DNA of 64,000 bases from Patescibacteria group bacterium (GTDB lineage: Bacteria > Patescibacteriota > Microgenomatia > UBA1400 > UBA1449): contig JBMNOG010000002.1 of NCBI GenBank assembly GCA_050942955.1, forward strand, positions 32,762-96,761, read 5' to 3'. Below are positions 60,037 to 64,000 of the stretch, piece by piece. Both the position numbers and the translations under genes were made by a program. Position 1 is the first letter of the stretch. Each line of letters starts with the position of its first letter. Below the pieces are notes generated by a model that saw only the letters and a list, made by a program, of their open reading frames with translations, made no database searches and had not been told where the DNA came from.

Positions 60037-61056
60037 ATGTTTCAACCCAAATACACGCTCACAAACAAACTTTTCTCAAACGTTGCTACCTCTGAAAGGC
60101 TCTATGGCCAAATAGAAGCTCTAAGGCTGCCTGAAAAACTACACCTAAACCTTAAGCGCAAAAATTTAGTTGAGTCTGCATACTATTCAAATAAAATTGA
60201 AGGCAACCCGATGACCCTACCGGAAGTAACCAACCTGCTTCTGGATTCACGAGTTCCTGTTAATCGAGATGAAAAAGAGGTGGCCAATTACTTTGATATG
60301 CTGGAAAAACTGAATGAGTATACGGAAACATCTATAACTACCGATTTTGTCGCAAATATCCACGGCAGACTTTTTACAAACATTCACGAAAAGGCGGGTG
60401 AGTTCAGGAATGAAATTGTGGCTGTCGGCCGGTATACCGGGGAAGGGGATAATGTCTCATTTAAAGTAAAGCATTTGCCGCCGTTTCATGCCCAATCTGA
60501 GATAAGGCAAGCCTTAGGTGAACTTCTTGACTGGGTTAATCACCAGCAAGAGCTGCCTATAGTTATAAAGGCTGGCATTTTTCATCATGAGTTTGTCTAT
60601 ATCCATCCGTTTGAAGATGGTAACGGCCGGGTTTGCCGGATTCTGTCAGCGCTTCAATTTCTTAAAGCCAACTACCGCATCAATAAATACTTTATTTTAG
60701 ACGACTACTACGATCTTGACCGCATCCAGTATTCAGATATGCTTCATAGTGCTGATGAAGGTGATAAAACTCAGTGGCTTGAGTACTTCTCTGACGGAGT
60801 GAAATACTCGCTACAAAGCGCTCTAGCAAAAGCCCAGAATGCCGTACGGACTTTGAAAATCGCTGAAAGACCAACCGCTAAGGAACGAGTGGTATTAACC
60901 ATGATGACCAAGCAGCCGGAGATTACTTCAAAAGAAGTTTCCCAAAACTTGGGTGTCTCAAGACAACAAGCTCATAATTTATTAAGCTCCCTGGTTGAAA
61001 AAGGGTTAGTTGAGCGCAAAGGTACTACCAAATCCAGCTACTATATGCTGAAATAG
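60037..61056 (+). CDS. Fic family protein with C-terminal winged HTH
   Basis: SNKIEGN, canonical HPFEDGNGRVCR and the HTH LGVSRQQAHNLL. Confidence 0.93.
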   Translation: MFQPKYTLTNKLFSNVATSERLYGQIEALRLPEKLHLNLKRKNLVESAYYSNKIEGNPMTLPEVTNLLLDSRVPVNRDEKEVANYFDMLEKLNEYTETSITTDFVANIHGRLFTNIHEKAGEFRNEIVAVGRYTGEGDNVSFKVKHLPPFHAQSEIRQALGELLDWVNHQQELPIVIKAGIFHHEFVYIHPFEDGNGRVCRILSALQFLKANYRINKYFILDDYYDLDRIQYSDMLHSADEGDKTQWLEYFSDGVKYSLQSALAKAQNAVRTLKIAERPTAKERVVLTMMTKQPEITSKEVSQNLGVSRQQAHNLLSSLVEKGLVERKGTTKSSYYMLK

Positions 61057-61184
61057 AATCTCAAGAATTCCTAGAGCCCTACATAAACGCATGAAGTGTA
61101 CTGAAAATGCTTGTGTCGTTTATAAAAGCCATGTTTAATGATAAACATAATTTCACAAGAATTATAGGAGTCTGGGAATTTTTA

Positions 61185-61952
61185 TTAGAGAGTATTGTGT
61201 TCTAGAATAGTGTTCCCCGATATTTCCACCCACATTCGAGCTTCATTGTTATCATAATTGCTTTCCCATATTTTTTTATCTTCATTAACAATCGTTCGAA
61301 TAAGGTATCTTCCGTCCGGAATGGAGCTTATATTAAGTTCCTGGCCTTCAACCGTAGCTCTATATGTGTCTGACCAACCTGGAGATATTCCCTGAATATC
61401 AGAATTGCACCCAGTATACTGCTGGGTCTTTGGCGCATTTTCAACTTCTAAATTATACGCTTCTTCGTCCCAAATACAAAAACTCATTTTATTAGTAGTA
61501 GTCAAGAGTTCTATAGGTTTTCCATTTTTGTCATAATTCCAAAGCTGGAACTCAACATAATCTTCGATATGCCAGTGACCATGAGACGGATGAAGAACAA
61601 ATGTTCCGATAAATTTTTCTTCAACTGTCCCATTCTCCCTATAAATTTTCTGAAAAGCTTGGGTACGCCAGTTTTCAAAATCACGCTCACCTCTAATTTC
61701 TAACGAGCCTTTTCCAAGATTGATAAAGGTTGTGCTAAAACGAAGCTTTCTTCCGTTTAATAGCGGTTCAATATACAGTTCTTTTGGTGGCAAAACTACT
61801 AAGTCGGGCAAAAGCAGAACTAGATTGCCTTGTTCTTTTAAAGAATCAGAAGGTTTCTGTTGTTGGGTAAAACGCTTATCTGCTCGAGAAAACTGCACCA
61901 CTGCAAAGACAAGACTGACTACAAAACTTACTAGCAAAATAAATCTTTTCAT
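61185..61952 (-). CDS. Lysyl oxidase family protein, exported
   Basis: LPDL, LRFST, HPSHGHWH, KMSFCIWD, QGISPGWSDTY and ESNYDNN. Confidence 0.85.
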   Translation of the reverse strand: MKRFILLVSFVVSLVFAVVQFSRADKRFTQQQKPSDSLKEQGNLVLLLPDLVVLPPKELYIEPLLNGRKLRFSTTFINLGKGSLEIRGERDFENWRTQAFQKIYRENGTVEEKFIGTFVLHPSHGHWHIEDYVEFQLWNYDKNGKPIELLTTTNKMSFCIWDEEAYNLEVENAPKTQQYTGCNSDIQGISPGWSDTYRATVEGQELNISSIPDGRYLIRTIVNEDKKIWESNYDNNEARMWVEISGNTILEHNTL

Positions 61953-61958
61953 ACCAAA

Positions 61959-62001
61959 AGCTTATTAAGGGACTATTAGGTTTTAGTATTGGTTGTGTAA
62001 T
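61959..62001 (-). promoter_or_regulatory. 11-bp-period TTAC-like array plus -10 box (leaderless)
   Basis: attac-N6-aatac-N6-ctaat-N10-TAAGCT-N6-ATG. Confidence 0.55.
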
Positions 62002-62123
62002 AGTTAAATAAGGGTAACGATACCTTTTAACTTTTTTTTACAGAATATTTATTCTGATATCTTACTTACTCCTTTTTCACATATTTCTTATACAAAAATG
62101 AATAATCAATACACAAACGCTAT

Positions 62124-63221
62124 ATGAGCAAAACAGTACTGCTAACTCTAGTCATAGTTCTAGTAGGTATTGGAATTTTCTTCCTTTATAGTAGGGGTTT
62201 GCTCAGCAACAGAAATCAACTTGGCACCTCCGGAACAGCTAATTCTTCTCAAGAAACTGAAGGGGTAACCGTAGTTGCCGAAAATTTGGAAGTTCCCTGG
62301 GCAATTGCTTTTCTTCCCAATCAAGACCTACTGGTTACAGAACGGCCAGGAAGAGTAAGGCGAGTTTCTCAGGATGGAACAGTTACAACTGTGGCAGAAA
62401 TAGATGAAGTCGAGCACGTCGGAGAAGGTGGTCTTCTTGGCATTACCCTTCATCCTGATTTTGCAGAAAATAACTTGCTGTACGTTTACTACACTTATGA
62501 AAGTGCGGAGGATCAAACACTCAATAGGGTAGTGCGCTACGGGTATGAAAATACTTCCCTTTCAAATCCACAAGTGATTGTGGACCAAATCCCGGGTGCT
62601 TCAAACCACAATGGCGGCAGAATTGCCTTTGGTCCCGACAACTTTCTCTATATCACCACCGGAGATGCTCAAGATCCCTCTTTAGCCCAGGATACCGATT
62701 CTTTAGCCGGAAAGATTTTGCGGGTAACAGATGAAGGAGAACCAGCCCCGGGAAATCCGTATAATAACGCCGTCTATTCCTATGGCCATAGAAATCCGCA
62801 GGGGTTGGCATGGGACGGAGAGCAACTGTGGGCAACAGAACATGGACCAAACGCCCGCGATGAACTGAATAGAATTGAGGCAGGCGAAAACTATGGCTGG
62901 CCGGAAATTGTGGAAGATGAACAAAGAGAAGGGATGCAGATGGCTATTATAAATAGCGGGAACAGCACTTGGGCACCGTCAGGACTAGCTTTTTCAGATG
63001 GCATTTTTTATTTTTCCGGCTTACGGGGAAATGCCTTGTTTGCCTTTAACCCTCAATCAAACAAACTGCAGCAGTATTTAAGAAACGAGTATGGCAGGCT
63101 GCGGGAAGCGACTATCGGACCGAATGGATTTTTGTACGTTACCACCAGCAACCGAGACGGAAGAGGAAGACCAAATCAAGGAGACGATAAAATTATACGC
63201 ATTAATCCCAACTCATTGTAG
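62124..63221 (+). CDS. PQQ-dependent sugar dehydrogenase (GSDH/YliI family)
   Basis: PWAIAFLP, GEGGLLG, HNGGRI.FGPD, YGHRNPQG and NYGWP. Confidence 0.93.
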   Translation: MSKTVLLTLVIVLVGIGIFFLYSRGLLSNRNQLGTSGTANSSQETEGVTVVAENLEVPWAIAFLPNQDLLVTERPGRVRRVSQDGTVTTVAEIDEVEHVGEGGLLGITLHPDFAENNLLYVYYTYESAEDQTLNRVVRYGYENTSLSNPQVIVDQIPGASNHNGGRIAFGPDNFLYITTGDAQDPSLAQDTDSLAGKILRVTDEGEPAPGNPYNNAVYSYGHRNPQGLAWDGEQLWATEHGPNARDELNRIEAGENYGWPEIVEDEQREGMQMAIINSGNSTWAPSGLAFSDGIFYFSGLRGNALFAFNPQSNKLQQYLRNEYGRLREATIGPNGFLYVTTSNRDGRGRPNQGDDKIIRINPNSL

Positions 63222-63346
63222 TTTACGTCTTGCCAACCACCGCACAATTCGATTTGTAACTGGATTATACAGTCTCCTGTAAGGGGAGAGTAAAGAGGAA
63301 GTTTTAGGGGAAGAATTATTCTAAATTAAGCATCTGCACCTCAGTA

Positions 63347-64000
63347 TTATATACTTATACTTATTTTTGAATTTCCCCTCCAGAAAATTCTTAATTTATG
63401 AAAAGGTTCAACCCGATCAAGTGAATATTCAAAAAAGCAAATACCTATAACTTTTTCTGGTAAGATATTATTAAGACGATTTTGCAAATCTAAAGTTTCT
63501 TCTTTATATCTCTGTGGCATATTAAGTTCTTCAAAAAATGTAAAGGTGTCAGGATAGTAACCTGTATCTTGGAGATAGTTAACACATATAAATACAATAT
63601 TCTTGTCGTATATAGAAAACTGTTTATCTTTTTCTTTTAATTTTCACCTAACTGTGTATTCCAACTCATCAATTAAGTTTTTATTTTTGCAAGTATACTT
63701 CCAGTTTATATAAGACCCTCTTCTCTTACACTTAAATAAGCTGTAATTTTGAGTAGTTATCTTGTTTTTTCTAGAAGTATCTAAAGTAATAATTTCATTT
63801 CCGATTTTTTCAACCTCTTCTAAAATTTTTTTTCCTTTGTTAAGAAAAGTTTTTAGGCTAATTAATGAATAAGAAATTTCTATCGGGTGTTTAAGAACAT
63901 ATTTCTTACTCCGTAAAAATAGCAAAAGTCGCTCCTGAAACACCCAACAAACTTCAGTCTCATTTTTTATTGTTACTTCTATTCCAATTTTATTATTATG
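63347..64000 (-). pseudogene. AT-rich hypothetical gene entering from beyond the window, interrupted by an in-frame TGA at 63644-63646
   Basis: The frame is open from 64000 (…KIGIEVT…) to the TGA, then continues 98 codons (KLKEKDKQF…KISISI) to a TAA at 63347. Confidence 0.5.

Noticed and set aside
52334-63646. Genome-wide TGA recoding, suggested by three in-frame TGAs
   Set aside because: TGA terminates intact genes (pyrD, yraN, nitroreductase), long conserved genes have no internal TGA, and two of the three cases also carry frameshifts.

Overview
A 64 kb, gene-dense, moderately AT-rich bacterial chromosomal segment. Gene content and style suggest a Patescibacteria/CPR (Microgenomates-like) genome; this is inference, as no rRNA is present. 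The supporting traits are many Pro/Thr-linker single-pass membrane proteins, Gmad2, DUF2207, GT39, short ORFans and mostly leaderless genes. It begins inside an argG gene fused to a CarB-type MGS domain, followed by a CodA-like amidohydrolase, pyrD-pyrK-pyrE-pyrF, prs, pyrG, rplS/yraN, pgi and glgP. The middle holds envelope, stress and signalling genes: proteases, PAS and MASE3 histidine kinases, PspC/LiaF-like proteins, CmpX, MsrB, an ABC exporter and MntP. The right part holds typA, ABC-F, purA, two pseudogenes, rubrerythrin, nitroreductase, an MbfA-like protein, hflX, hypAB, Fic, a lysyl oxidase and a PQQ sugar dehydrogenase. I saw no tRNA, rRNA, CRISPR array, IS or prophage. Three observations stand out. 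(1) A four-gene locus (19.6-24.6 kb) encodes two secreted proteins built from a shared ~90-aa Asn/Gly/Thr repeat, a candidate beta-solenoid or functional-amyloid surface fibre with a membrane-anchored partner. (2) A recurring promoter design has 11-bp-period (C/A)TTAC-like repeats in a fixed register to a TANNNT -10 box (pho-box geometry) in front of about a dozen scattered genes, including that locus. (3) Leaderless or near-leaderless gene starts are pervasive.
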